Source of the DNA: Botryllus schlosseri
Lineage: Eukaryota
Reading direction: 5' to 3'
Assembly (NCBI GenBank): GCA_051294905.1
Contig: CM119372.1
Coordinates: forward strand, 10,356,001 to 10,420,000
Length of the DNA stretch: 64,000 nt
In this document: positions 49,833-62,987 of the stretch, in pieces
Numbering within the stretch: the stretch's first letter is position 1
Layout of the letters: each line of letters starts with the position of its first letter
Program-made: the position numbers and the translations under genes
Notes under the pieces: model-generated
The model's database searches: none
What the model was told of the DNA's origin: nothing
Seen by the model: only the letters and a program-made list of their open reading frames with translations

Positions 49833-51560
49833 GATCCTTAGTTGTTTATATCTTTAAAATGTACATCTATAACTATAGCTATAACTAGACCAATACTCAC
49901 AAACCCAGAAGTTAGTTGACCATCAAGATTGTTGTTATTGTTTTATTTTGGGTTTTCATGTTGTTTGCTGTTTGGACTATATACGATGGTCATTTACACC
50001 AGGCCGATATTCCTTATTATGACTTCTGATCTGCCGACTTACTGCACGGCCAAATTCTGCTCTACACTTAAATCCATGGGTGGAAAAATAGGTGTATTTA
50101 TCAGATTTCCGCCATAGCGATGGGGCGTAAATAGGTTTAACGGCACTTTCCGGTAACAAATTGTACTCTCACACCCATTCCCAGAGGTGGTCAGTAACGA
50201 AGTACTTCTACTTTTTGAAGTACTTGAAGTAGATTTTGCCTACTCACACTACTTTTTAAGTAGTTATGATTTTAGACTACTTCTACTTCTACTTGACAGT
50301 TTTCAGTTTTGTAGGCAAAAATAGGCGCAGAATACCTACTTACTTACTTACTTGTGAACCACCACTCCTACTTCTACTTGAGTTGAAATTCCGGCGTTAC
50401 TTCTACTTCTACTTGAGTAGCGACGGTGACTACTTTGACCACCTCTGCGCCATTCCAACGGTTAAAATTCGGGTAAAATACATCAATGTAATAGATATAT
50501 AACCCAGGGGTTTCTGTCTTCGTGTACCAGCCCCAACCCAACAAGGTGGTACAAGCAGAATCTGCAACCCACCTGGGATATATCTCCACAAGGACTGGTG
50601 TGTTTAGCTCACTATAGGTCGACCGATTATCGACCTAACCAATTATCGAGGCCGATATTTGGAACTTTCCCAATGATCGATGTCGGCCTATTCCTCATTA
50701 ATATCGGCCAGCATGTGAGTGAGTCGATAAATCGGTATCGGCCTGCAAAATTCAATATCGACCGACCTCTACTCTTCACCCATTGGAAGGGGCGTGAAGG
50801 CACAATTTTATATCTAGGGTCACTATATATTGAGATCCGAAAAATAGGACACTTTTCAAAAATTCTGAAAGCTCCACCATCGGTTAAGAAAACTGGTGAA
50901 TTTGAAAATTTTTCTACGAAAACTTCTGTGTTGACTAAAAAAATCTGTGAGAGAGAGAGAGAGAGAGAAAGATAGTCTTTATTTTCATCCAACCAAAATA
51001 CATAACACACGGCAGTGGTGGTGGTACAGAAAATATGCATGCACAGTATTCGGTATTAGATAGGAATGATCGATAAGACCGTGAAGGTCATCTAGTCTGA
51101 TCACACCAGCATCAAACAGGTACACTTGACTCTAAACAGTCTGGCTGTGGTCCGTACCACTACGCTATCTTGCCACTAACTAGAATAGATCAAGGGTCTC
51201 CGCGGCCCACGTCGAAAGCAAGTGCAAAATAATTATTGAAATATTTTTAAATGTGATTATATTTCTAGTAAAATGCTACACAGTAAATCCCATTTTCATG
51301 AGTGAGGAATGTCATTCAGCAAGGTTCCGACGTATAGGCCTATATTTGCCTATATTTAGAAAGACATTGAATGTCCCTATTATTTTGCAGCCTGTAGAGT
51401 CATCAAAAACTAGGAGATTGACCCACGAGCAAATTTGAGTCTGAGCGACCTCTGAACTAGATTGTTAGTTTGTAGCCTACACGACTATAATGAATGCAAC
51501 TAAGGCATCTTTCCGGCACTGATCATAAGACATGACTGTCACTGTTTATGACCTTCAACC

Positions 51561-52509
51561 CAGTGTTGGGATGACTCGAGTCATGACTTGACTCGAGTCA
51601 CTTTACTAAAATGACTTTACTTTTTGACTTGACTTGACCCGACCTACCAGAAATGTGGATTGACTCGTGACTCGGAGCAAAATTCAGGAGTCAATTTCAA
51701 GTCATCAAGTAATCGGTGTCGATAAAACTCACTGTATCTTGCGTATGTTCGGATTGTTCACGAAACGCTGCTGTAACCCGTGAGAGCGGGTTCGTGCGTT
51801 TTACTGAGTCTTCCTTGTTCTCTCACTCTCACAAATATATTGACCGCAAACGAAGTCGAAACTTACAGCTTACTTTGTCGTAAACTAGTATAGTAAAGTA
51901 ATTTAATAGCAAAATGTTATATTTCTCTTCTCTGTTCTTACCTTAACCAAACCTCTTGTTTTGTTGAAATTGAATTCGAATATAGTTTACAAATAGTCCT
52001 CGCCAATTGGCGCAGTCTCTAATTGTATCATATCAATTTGTAAATCGGTAATGTATTGAATCCTATCAATTCGTTTCTCTATTCTCTATTTTGGCTGGTA
52101 ACTTTTAACTGAGGCTATGCAATTACTTATGTAGTTTAGCAGTTCTACGTAACCTATACGTGAGCTATACAGCGCCTTCTTGCGTGTATATTAAACTCTA
52201 TATTCGTTCATCGATTCGAAATCAATGACCACCCAACCTGAATTTCAGACAGCTAGCAAAATGCAATCACTTAATCATGCTTCATACTTGGGAAAGGCAA
52301 CTTGACTTGAATTGTGACTTGACTCGTGACTTGACTCGTGACTTGACTTGACTTGACTCGACTTGACTCGAGTCACCTCCAAAAATCGAGTGACTTGACT
52401 TGACTGGAGTCACCTTCGAAAATCATTTGACTTCACTTGACTCGAGTAAAAATGTGCAATGACTCGAAATGACTCGTGACTCGAAGGTAGTGACTTGATC
52501 CCAACAGTG
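51561..52509. mobile_element. Family-A hAT MITE
   Basis: CAGTGTTGGGAT termini; perfect TSD CTTCAACC. Confidence 0.87.
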
Positions 52510-52940
52510 CTTCAACCTAACAAAGCGACGTAAGAAGTTTAGTTTGGTAGGTTTGGACGATTCCGATAAATTCTTATTATATAGCAGACGGGGTATCACG
52601 AAATAACAACATACAGTTCTCGAAGACACCACCTTCCTCACTCAGTTTCCACCGCAAAATCTGATCCCGTGAGCTGATAGAGGATCCCAAACGAATAGAA
52701 ATAATATATGCAATTACCAATATAATTGACGAATATCACTCAGTAATGAACATTTTCTCGCGCATCACGCGACTAGACCAAACATACACACTGGCTATAC
52801 CCATGGAGTGTTAGGTGTGAAAAGGCCCGTCGCATGATCGGGGGCTGGTGAAGTACTGTTTCGGTCCTGGTTTCGCGAACCCATTTTTCTTGGCCAATTT
52901 GAGTTCACGATCTGCACAAACTTTTAACCTTTGTTCCAAA

Positions 52941-53225
52941 GTGGCGAGATAACGTAGTGGTATAATCCACAGCTCCAACACCAATTGGTGATAGGTTCGA
53001 GTCCGACCCCGACCGAAGTCGACTCCAGAATACCTACATAAGTGTTGGCGGTTTTAGGCTTCTCCGCGCCCCATCTCATCCGCGTAAGCGGTGTCTTTAA
53101 AAGCGAAGACGTGGGCCATGGTACAAGTCGGCAGCTACGGAATCAAAATATAAGAAATATTAGCCTGGTGTAAATGACCATTGCAGTTGACGAACACCAT
53201 GAATAGGCTACCACAAACAACCAAA
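52941..53225 (+). mobile_element. tRNA-derived SINE, same family as 49549-49832
   Basis: GTGGCGAGATAACGTAGTGG...GGTTCGAGTCC; colinear with the 49549 copy. Confidence 0.75.
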
Positions 53226-53289
53226 CCCTATTAGTGTCGAGTCAGCTTCTTGTCATGAATATACGTCATATCGACAAACCTCTTTCAAT

Positions 53290-54278
53290 CAGTGTTTGGA
53301 TGACTCGAGTCATGACTTGACTCGAGTCAGACTCTAGTCACCTTTTTCGTATGACTTGACTTGAGTCACTTAGCTAAAATGACTTGACTTGACTTGACTC
53401 GGCGTATCAAAAATGTGGATTGACTCGTGACTCGGAGCAAAATCACCGAGTCAATTTCAAGTCCTCAACTAATCGGTGTCGATAAAAATCTCTGTCTCTT
53501 GCACAGCGCATGGTCAGATTGTTCGCGAAACGCTGGTGTAACCCGTGAGAGCGACCAATTATTCAAGGATCGTGCGTTTTACTGAGCCTCCATTGTTCTG
53601 TTTCAAATAAATTTACTGCAAACGAAGTGATCGAAGCTTACAGCTTACGTTGTCGTAAACTAGTAGTGAAGTATTTTAATAGCAAAATGTCTATGTCTGT
53701 TCTCTGTTATTACCTCAGACAAACCTCTTGTCTTATTAAAATTGAATTCGAATTTAGTTTATATAGTCCTCAACCATTGACGTAGGCTCGAATTGTATCA
53801 TAGCAATTTCTTTAATAGGTAGTGCATTGCATCTTATCAATTCGTTCTTTATTCTCTATTTTGGCTGGGAACTATAAACTGAGGCTATGCAATTACTTAC
53901 GTAGTTTACCATTTCTACGTAGGCCTATATGTCAGCGATACAGCGCCTTCTTGCGTGTATATTTAACTCTATATCCGTTCATCGGTTCAGAATGATAGAC
54001 CACTCAATCTGTATTTCAGACAGCTAGCAAAATGCAATGACGTAATCATGCCTCATACTTCGAAAGGCCAATTTGACTTGAATTGTGACTTGACTCGTGA
54101 CTTGACTTGACTTGACTTGACTTGACTCGACTTGACTCGAGTCACCTCCAAAAATCGAGTGACTTGACTTGACTCGAGTCACCTTCGAAAATCGATTGAC
54201 TTGACTTGACTCGAGCCAAAATGTGCAATAACTCGAAATAACTCGTTACTCGAATGTAGTGACTTGATCCCAACACTG
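53290..54278. mobile_element. Family-A hAT MITE
   Basis: Colinear with 51561-52509; TSD decayed (CTTTCAAT/CTTTTTAC). Confidence 0.82.
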
Positions 54279-55165
54279 CTTTTTACAGTAGAATCCGCTT
54301 GATAATGCCAGGGAACGGAACAAACGTAAAAATTGCAAGTAAAACACAATGTCCCAATGTGTTCCACCCACGTCTTCAGAGCAAAACCCCCAATCATTTT
54401 AAAATCGCAAAATTAAGAAACTCGATAATTTTTCACAAAGACGCCAGTTCAGTCAGCCCGATCAAACCGCGTCGGGATTACCGCTGATAAAGCAATGTAT
54501 ATTCTTCCCGCCGGACTTCAAAAACATTCACTGTGTACCATTGTGCCCCTGTATCCAAAGTGCCCCACCTTCCATAACATATATCTGACAGTTCCTGGAA
54601 TTTAAGACGATTAAAACTGAACTTTTCACCACTACGAATATCGTTGTGGCCCAACTCAAATTGCTCCCAGGGGTCCATTTTAAAAGCTCTGTGCTAGAGG
54701 CTAGAGGCTCTTGTAAAACACTTGGTTGGCAAAGAGGTCAAAATATCTATATAATCAACTCTCTTCAATTTCATTACAAATGATCGAAACATGGCATTAG
54801 CCTGAGCCCGAAGTTGATATCGCAGTTTTATTTGACACCGAAAAGTAGTACTAATCGTCGATTAATTGAATGGGCATTCGGCACGAAATATACCGTAAAT
54901 ACTTCCAGACCGAACTCGACCTGAACCGGAAAAACCTGGCCAGGCTTCCACCTTACTGCACAGTGCACACCTTACTGTCGCAATAGCCCTACATGCATAT
55001 CGTACACAACAGAGCGTTTCGAATCGTTTCCAACGTCTACAGACTCTGCTAAATGACGATCGGAGAGAAAAATTATATCTTATAGCATATATGGCATATG
55101 GGCAATGGGCATCATATATTGAATATTAGCACACTTATAAGCATTTAACCATCATGGGTCTATAA

Positions 55166-56326
55166 TAGGGTTACCATATTTTTGTGAAGCAAATTCCGGA
55201 CATTCTTTAGCGCCCACTAGCGGATTCAAAATTGAGGTGTAACACATTGTCTGTCAATATAACGTCACACTATAGATAACTAACCTACGAAGGTTGTTAT
55301 CTATAGTCACACAAGCACAGCATCGCTCATCGACTGTATAGGAATGGAGTGGAACATAGGTCATGAATTGGGCCATCTGTAATGTGAGCTTTGGTGATTA
55401 CTTGCTAGGGTCTGTAATAAATTTCTCCACAGACCGGAGGAAATAGTCTGGCTTATTGGGATTGTGTTTGACAGCCCTGTTATACTGTTAGGTCGGTGCA
55501 GTTATCTGGTTGTTTGTTTTAATCAGGTCCGAAACAACATTTTTTCTGCCCCTTCCGCCCTAAAAAGCACTGATGTTGGGCGGGGCCACACCATATAGGG
55601 TAGTCGATGTACATTCTTGGGTAGGCTACTTATTATATGCATTTGGCTGTTAAAAATTATGAAGGAATTCTGTCAATAATGTTGATTCTTTTTTATATTA
55701 GCCTGCTATAAAATGCACCACCAGCAGGTTGCACATCCGCTGATTTCCAACCTTTTATGGTCGCGACTTCATTTCCAACTGGAAAACGTTCCGTGGCCCA
55801 GCTCAAAACTTGATAAGCTGAAGCTGATTACTAAAAAATTCAGCTTACCCAAACTTACTCACGGCCTAGGAAGCTGATTACGTCCAACATCATCGCGATC
55901 CCCAGATAAAGGCAAACGACCCCAAGATTTTGAACCACTGTCTCTGACTGAAGCATCCAATTGGCCTTAACCAACCCTAGGAATATACCGTTAGCTTATC
56001 ACTGCGGTCACAATCAGACTTATTTCAGTAACTGATGGTTATTTATATTTATTTTGATTGCATTTTTGGCGAGGATGATGCCTGGCGCCCATACTAATAT
56101 CAATATACGTTGCATTAACTCGCGCGCGGCGCGAAGAAGGATTTTGAACAGCATAAATCTGCTTGCAAATAACATTGTTTATGTTGATTTACGAAGAACT
56201 TTTGAGACTACTTCAAGCCTTCAAAATTCCGGACATTTAGGCATATTTCAGAAATTCCTCCCGGACGCAGATTTTTCAGTGGAATTCCGGACATGTCCGG
56301 GAAATTCCGGACGTATGGCAACCCTA
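55166..56326. mobile_element. hAT-Blackjack-like non-autonomous element
   Basis: TAGGGTTACCATA...TATGGCAACCCTA; perfect TSD GTCTATAA; AAATTCCGGACA subterminal repeats. Confidence 0.85.
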
Positions 56327-57395
56327 GTCTATAAGTTTATATCAAGCACTGAATTGTGGTAAAATCTGTAGTTAAAGGGCTCCTTCATTCACTATATAGT
56401 TGTCTATCTATCGAAAATGTTGGACAAATTTAGCTGAGCGTGCCAGTACTGCAGGTGGTATAAATAACAACAACAAATGAACGCCCACAGGACAGGGGTA
56501 GTAAAATTTCAGGTATAAATCCCCTGAAGAAACCGTTCGCAAGTCAAAATATAATATTGAAGACGCATAAATTACAACTGCATAATAGGATCTTAGATTG
56601 GAACAATATTATATAGTGGCGTATCATTTTGTGCATAGGCATAAATAATATTGGACGGCAAGGGAATACTCTGTATAGGTGCCACCGAAACACATAAATA
56701 GGCTACACATTTACCACCTTAACGCATATTCCAATTAGCACCACAGCCAAATTAATTACATAGATATCACTCATCCATAAAAGAATATTTGTAATGCTCT
56801 AAAAATGTATGCCAAGGAGTATAAAATGAGAGACTTAAATTGTAGGCCACTCAAGAAACTAGCAAATAGCAATTTCGGGATAGACTCGCGATAGCTGCCC
56901 ACACTAGCCTACAACACGGATCTTCGCCAGTAGCGACGCGTAACAAGGACCAGCAATGATTTACATAGACCCGAAATTATATTACTCTTCAGCTTTTCTA
57001 TTCATGAATTATGTTGGTAGGTGATTGTATGTATAGTGATTTCCTAAATATACCAGCTACATTCCATGCAGTTGAATATATAATAATTATGTAATTACGA
57101 AGCAAGTGGACTTAGAAAACTGTAGAAGTCGTAGGCAGTGCTTATAATATGTAATGGAACAGTATCTCATTGCTAAGCGGGACTGAAAAGTATCACCCTG
57201 GTGCTAATCACTCTATTACTATATGAATAGATGTCCGACAAATCTTTTTTGTATGGGCAATGGCATGAACCCTTCTCCGCCGTATGATGCAGCATGTTTT
57301 AAGCTACCGCGACAACGGACAATGTCGCGAATTCGGCACGTGTAAATGCCGGTGCAGAAGACGTTTTAGAAGGATGTTACTGACGAAACTTCTCA

Positions 57396-58001
57396 TCATC
57401 CGCGCATACACTCTGGATTTTCGTTTTTCCACCAAAACGCATTTAATGACGGAACAACCATTTTCCGTCTAGGCAAACCCAGTCTGTCTGCTTCTTCTTC
57501 TTCTTGCAATATTCTACAAAGTTTACAGAAGCTCCTCAAATCGTTGTCTCTGTTTTCGGGTCTCAAATGATCGTCAATTAATTCCGGATTCATAGCCCAT
57601 TTTCTCCATTCTAGGTATTCTCTATAGGCAGTTTCGTTTTGAGATAAATACTTTAAATACTCGACCAGACTCGGCACATCCGGAAAGTCATCGACGTGAA
57701 TGAATGACTTTTTCGGAGCAACCCTCGCAACGTCTTCTTTTCTCGCGCCCAAGACCACCGGTACAGCTCCCGATCTGAGGCCGTTAAACCAAAATTTTTC
57801 GGTCATGTAATCTTTGCAGTAGTGCCCGTTTTCGAATGACATGTAAAATTTGTATTCGGAGACGGCTTTGTAGAAAGAGTCGGAATAAGCCCCGTCTCCG
57901 ATTTTCTTTGAGTAGCACCGACCGAACCGTTCGATTTCAAGCCCGTTATCGATCATATTCTGCACCATATCGTTCCTTCTGCGAACTCCACAGTTACTCA
58001 C
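57396..58001 (-). CDS. Alpha-(1,3/4)-fucosyltransferase (GT10 family), terminal coding exon; upstream exons not identified in this window
   Basis: Acceptor ttcag|GTG at 58002/58001. Translation VSNC...FGRC...YKFYMSFENGHYCKDYMTEKFWFNGLRSGAVPVVLG...APKKSFIHVDDF..V..L..YLKYL..NETAYREYLEWR...FCKLC is the GT10 C-terminal alpha-1,3-FucT motif. Stop at 57396. Confidence 0.9.
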   Translation of the reverse strand: MSNCGVRRRNDMVQNMIDNGLEIERFGRCYSKKIGDGAYSDSFYKAVSEYKFYMSFENGHYCKDYMTEKFWFNGLRSGAVPVVLGARKEDVARVAPKKSFIHVDDFPDVPSLVEYLKYLSQNETAYREYLEWRKWAMNPELIDDHLRPENRDNDLRSFCKLCRILQEEEEADRLGLPRRKMVVPSLNAFWWKNENPECMRG

Positions 58002-58219
58002 CTGAATGGGAGAAATGGATATAACGTGATCACATCGATTGCTGGAAGGTTGAAATACTAATACACACGCTTTGATGGGAATACGGCCAATTAGTTTTAA
58101 GTTATAAAATGGAAGGATGTGCATAGGGAGACGGGGCTCGGATCATACAGTGGAACGGAAGCACTTGGACAGTACTCTATGATAACCCAATCGGTCCACT
58201 CTGTGGAACACAAATAAAA

Positions 58220-59467
58220 ATGAAAATTGGACTTTGAGGTCAAAAGTTACGTCACTTTGAAAATTGACAATTTTCTGCTCATTTCTGATGTGCACATTTC
58301 AGGTTTTATCAATGAAATATTCAAGAAGGTGTAGCTAGATGTTGGACAACAGTTGAGATACGACACTTGGATTTATCTGAAGCTTGTGTGATCAGCAAAA
58401 ACCGCACACATATAGGTCATATATATGACACGCGTCGTTTAGGACGCGGGTGTCACGTCTGACGCATGTCCTGTCCGTGTCCATTAAGCGCGCAGATATC
58501 CGGTTCGGACCATGCCTGGGGTTATTTAGTGCACAGGTACCAGCTCCGGATCATGTCCGGATAAAATAGTGCGCGGATATCAGGTCTGAGGCATGTCTGG
58601 TGCAGCACAAACACATCCCAGACACGATGTCCGAGTGACAACACAGTACTAACACACCCCTGACATGATACCCGAACACCCCCCCCCCCCTTACAGACGC
58701 TGTCCGAGAGGCAACACACCCCTTAAATGATGTCCGAACATGCCCCAGACACGATGTCCGAATGACAATACATTCCGAACACATCCTAGGCCCGATATCC
58801 GAGTTGCAAAACTGTCCGAATGCACCCAAGACATGGATGTCCGAATACACCCCAGACACGATGTCCGAGGGGCAAAACAGTCAGAACTCACCCCAGACAC
58901 GATGCCCGAATGGCAACACAGTCCGAGCACACCCAAGACATGATGTCTGAACACACCCTAGACATGATGTCCGCGCACACCCCGGACTCGATATCCGAAC
59001 ACACCCTACTACTACTACTACGTTTCCATGTATAAATGAAGTGTGTTCTTGAAACTGCAATTTCATCACTTGACAGTCTCAAAACCAAAATCAAACAGTT
59101 CTGAACGAAGTCTCCTTGAAGCAAACTATCACTTAAGATCATATTTTTATAAATATTTTAACATATTTTTGAGCAATCCGCAGTCTAAATCGTGTAACGC
59201 CTGACTGATTTTAGTCCATTGACCAAATTCCCCCTCAATTTAACCTTTGACTCTAACCTATAAGGCATTATATTTCAGTTGGAAATATAGGCAATCAGAC
59301 AAGCTTCAGATTAGTCCACGTGCCGTATCTCAACTGTCGTTCAACATATAGCTACACCTCTTCTTGAATATTTCATTGATAAAACCTGAAATTGCAGACT
59401 CTAAATGAGCAGAAAATTGTCAATTTTCAAAGTGACGTAACTTTTGACCCCGAACTCCAATTTTCAT
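58220..59467. repeat. Foldback-type element: ~175-bp inverted arms enclosing a minisatellite
   Basis: 58220-58392 is the reverse complement of 59294-59467. Between them (~58600-59005) are degenerate ~23-40-bp units of ACACACCCCAGACACGATGTCCGAA. Confidence 0.75.
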
Positions 59468-59579
59468 AAAATAGTGTTCATACTGTTAGGAATTAGCTCA
59501 TCTGTGCGTGTACCAAATTTTGGGAGATTTGAAGAGGTAGTAGTGTGAACATCTGTTGTCTGTGCAGGGAATTGCCCAA

Positions 59580-60912
59580 ATATCTACTTACCCCTACCCT
59601 ATAGCAACCTATAACTAAGAGATCTATCGACTACTCAGCAGTGTTGGGATGACTTGAGTCATAACTTGACTCGAGTCAGACTCGAGTCAACTTTTTCGTA
59701 TGACTTGACTTGACTCGAGTCACTGTGCAAAAATGACTTGACTTGACTTGACTCGGCGCTTCAAAAATGTGGATTGACTCGTGACTCGGAGGAAAATTTA
59801 CGAGTCAATTTCAAGTCATTAAGTAAACGGTGTCGATTAAATCACCCTATCTTATGTATGTTCGGGTTCTTCGTGATGCGCCAGTGTCATTGTGAGAGCA
59901 ACCAGACATTCGCAGATTGTACGTTTCACTCACTGGTCCTCGATTGTTACATCACAAATAAATTGACTTCAAACGAAACGATCACAGCTTACGTTGTCGT
60001 AGTATAGCAGTAGATTAATCTAATAGCTACGTATCTTTGTTTCTTAGACGGCTCAGTGCTTACATTGCGGCATGCTCACCATAACCAACAAATCGAACGA
60101 ATATAGTTATGCGTTAAGATTCTTACGGATGTGTAGACGGTTAGTGTATTGTAGGCCGCCACATCAATTTGTTAAACTTCTCGAGGCTTCGTATTCGAAT
60201 TGCCTGATAATAACAGACTGTAGCAGGTAGCTATACAGTACTCACATATTTTTATTAGCTCTACGTGTTCGTGAGGGATGCAACATCTTTTTGCATGTAT
60301 GTTTAACTTTATGTTCGTTATTTGATTCAAGATAAATAGCCAATTAATCTGTTCTTCACCCAGTTAGCAAAATGTAATGACTTTACATCATCACTCATAC
60401 TTCGAAAATTCAATTTGCCTTGAATCGTGACTTGATTTGACTTGACTCGACTTGACTCGAGTCACCTCCAAAAAACGAGTGACTTGACTTGACTCGAGTC
60501 ACCTTTGAAAATCGATTGACTTGACTTGACTCGAGTCAAAATGTGCAATGACTCGAGATGACTCGTGACTCGAAGGTAGTGACTTGATCCCAACACTGCT
60601 ACTCAGAACCTAACATCTGGAATGCATTACCACAACATAGGCCTATCTGTGAATTGCCTGATAATAAATTCAAAAAAGACCCACTTAATCACTTCTTGTC
60701 GTTATATTAACACTGTTGATCCAGCCTACCTCGCCCAGACATTGCCTCATTGATCATTTGCTACCATCGTTTAATTTTTCTTTTTATTTGCCATTTTTTA
60801 CTAACATTTTTTCTTCAGCCAGATTGTATAGAGTCAAGTGTACCTGTTTGATGCGGGTGTGATCAGACTAGTTGACCTTCACGGTCGTATCGAAGAAACT
60901 GGCAATCATTCC
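59580..60912 (+). mobile_element. L2/CR1-group LINE 3' end interrupted by a family-A MITE (59639-60598)
   Basis: Removing the MITE (perfect TSD CTACTCAG) restores RSIDYSEPNIWNALPQ...NKFKK...NHFLSLY*, a typical ORF2 C-terminus. The 3' UTR ends in a GACTAGTTGACCTTCACGGTC stem-loop. Confidence 0.75.
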
Positions 60913-61532
60913 TTGTGTGAATTGTAGAACTCGCATCAACTTGTATATGAAAGTAATATCACTGATAAAAAGTCTGGTCCGTACGATAATATGCGATATT
61001 CCATTCAAAAAGATGTGTAGCCTATCTCACTCAGCTGTGTACCATTGGATATTAACAGGCGGGCCGTCATAATCCGACGGATAAACCGAAAAAATGGAAA
61101 TGGAATTCTTATAATGTATACTCCATAGGCTATATACACCGGAGCTCTTTAACCGACGCGAAACTGTGCACACCGTAAAGTATAACCTAGGGTACACCAG
61201 AATATGCACGGGGTGCATCAGTCCGACAGGTTATACATGGGTGTATCACAAAATTGTCACACAAAATAGGTAAATATTTAACAATTTTCTGTGGGCAAAC
61301 ATGAACCATCAATATTTGATTTCGGGGATAATAGAAAAAAAGAAATAGGTTTCAACCAGTGTTTAAATTAACCTCTGTATTCTGAAATCATGTCCAAAAT
61401 CGATGGCATAGAGAAGAAATTGCCAGTGTGGCAGAACCTAGTTGCAACAGTTTCTGATTTTCCACTTTTCCAGGACTTTATGAAAGAACGTGGAAGAAAT
61501 TTTCAAGGTCAACTGATGTCATTCATTCACGC

Positions 61533-61811
61533 TAGGGTTACCATACGTCCTCCTTTAGGACGATTGTCCTCCTTTTCAGGTTTTTAAAAATGTCTTAATG
61601 ACACTAATGACGCATAAATGACGCTAAATAGCAAATATGGACGTTCGAGCGGGTAATTCGAGGCACAATCGAAAGTGACGACCTTTTTTAGTCACCTCGA
61701 CAAATTTTACAGCCAAAATAGCGAAATCGGCTGTTATCAGCCTTGATCAACTAACTTTTCTGATTTGGTAAAAGTGTCTTCCTTTCCCGATCTCAAAATT
61801 TGGTAATCCTA
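61533..61811. mobile_element. hAT-Blackjack-like MITE next to a decayed Buster-like transposase fragment (~61340-61530)
   Basis: TAGGGTTACCA...TGGTAATCCTA; perfect TSD ATTCACGC. Adjacent peptide SKIDGIEKKLPVWQNLV...DFPLF resembles the Buster DKI..FKKKL..W region. Confidence 0.75.
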
Positions 61812-62987
61812 ATTCACGCCCAATTCGACTATGGTATATAAAGAGACTAAAAACTTTGGCAAATCTGCACGGTTTTGATATCATGATTTTTCCTGTCGCT
61901 TTTTACCTTAATTCACCATTTAAGTAAACAGGGTACATGAGTTCGTCGTAATTACTTCAAACGTTCACCACACTAAAAAGATTGTAGTGTATTGGGCTAC
62001 GATATTTCATGTTGGTGTGAACGTTAGGACTCAGAAATGTGTGTCAATTCAGGGCCCCTCCAACCATATGTCAATTAGCCATGAATCGTAGGAATTCCCT
62101 GATAAGCGAGCTGCATCCGATCGGGTTTCGTCTTACACTACGCCATTGTGACCGCACATGTGACTTCCTGATTTCCTTCTATTGTGCAAAATGCATTCAT
62201 TGTGGACGAGTGCGGCCTGATACAATTGTTCTATCGTAGTTAATGCATGAATTGATATATAACATTGATACAACCCGATTGTATAAAATGGTTTATTTTG
62301 AATCAGCAATCTTTCCAACTCCATAATCTTAACTCGGACCGTTCACCGCTTACTTGTTCGCGTAGCCTACATTTCCATCAGACGTCCAGAACATTTGCTA
62401 TCGTTGGAATGATAAGATTGTGTTAGATATGCTCTACATAGGTACAGTATGTGTGACTGAAGGTATTTACCAAGTTTAGAAGTTGAAATATCTGATGAAA
62501 CAAATTGTGCATCCGCAAATATATGAATTAGGTTGTGAAATGAATTGTCATCCCCATACCAATTTTCCAGTTGGTCACAACAACTACAAAGTTGATAATG
62601 AACCCATTTTTGGGTGACTTGACTCGAGTCACAAGCTAAGAATGACTTCACTTGAGTCGGATTCAATGTATAAAAAATATTAAGCGGCTATAGTCACTCG
62701 CAGTCATCAAATATTGTATTTGGCAAAACATTCTGATTCTTTTAAATGAGCATGTCATCATTACAGATCATTTATTCACTGGATTCAAATTTCGTTATTT
62801 GACGGGAATGGTAATGTCTGTTTGATGGTAACTAAACGTTTTCAAGACGTTTTATTAATCAGATTAAGTGGTGGGTGTTTGAATTGGAAATAACCTATCA
62901 AATATTATTTGGGTTGCGGCGCAATTTGTAAAACGCAAAAGGATTAACTGGACGTTGTCATATTTCATGGGAGAATAGCCTTCCTAT

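Noticed and set aside
58002..58124. N-terminal 41 aa of the 242-aa fucosyltransferase ORF as a true start
   Set aside because: Homology begins exactly at the acceptor before VSNC; GT10 enzymes need a TM anchor and N-terminal domain, which must be in upstream exons not found here.
58522..59142. Cluster of overlapping Cys/His-rich ORFs and a repeat-spacer-like pattern suggestive of CRISPR or zinc fingers
   Set aside because: Degenerate minisatellite: intervening sequences are related to each other, repeats are not identical, there are no cas genes and the context is eukaryotic.
62039..62666. Short ORFs considered as upstream fucosyltransferase exons or a SWIM-type transposase piece
   Set aside because: No GT10 N-terminal motifs (e.g. 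FNWTMTYR.DSD), and Cys/His spacing is too poor to support SWIM.
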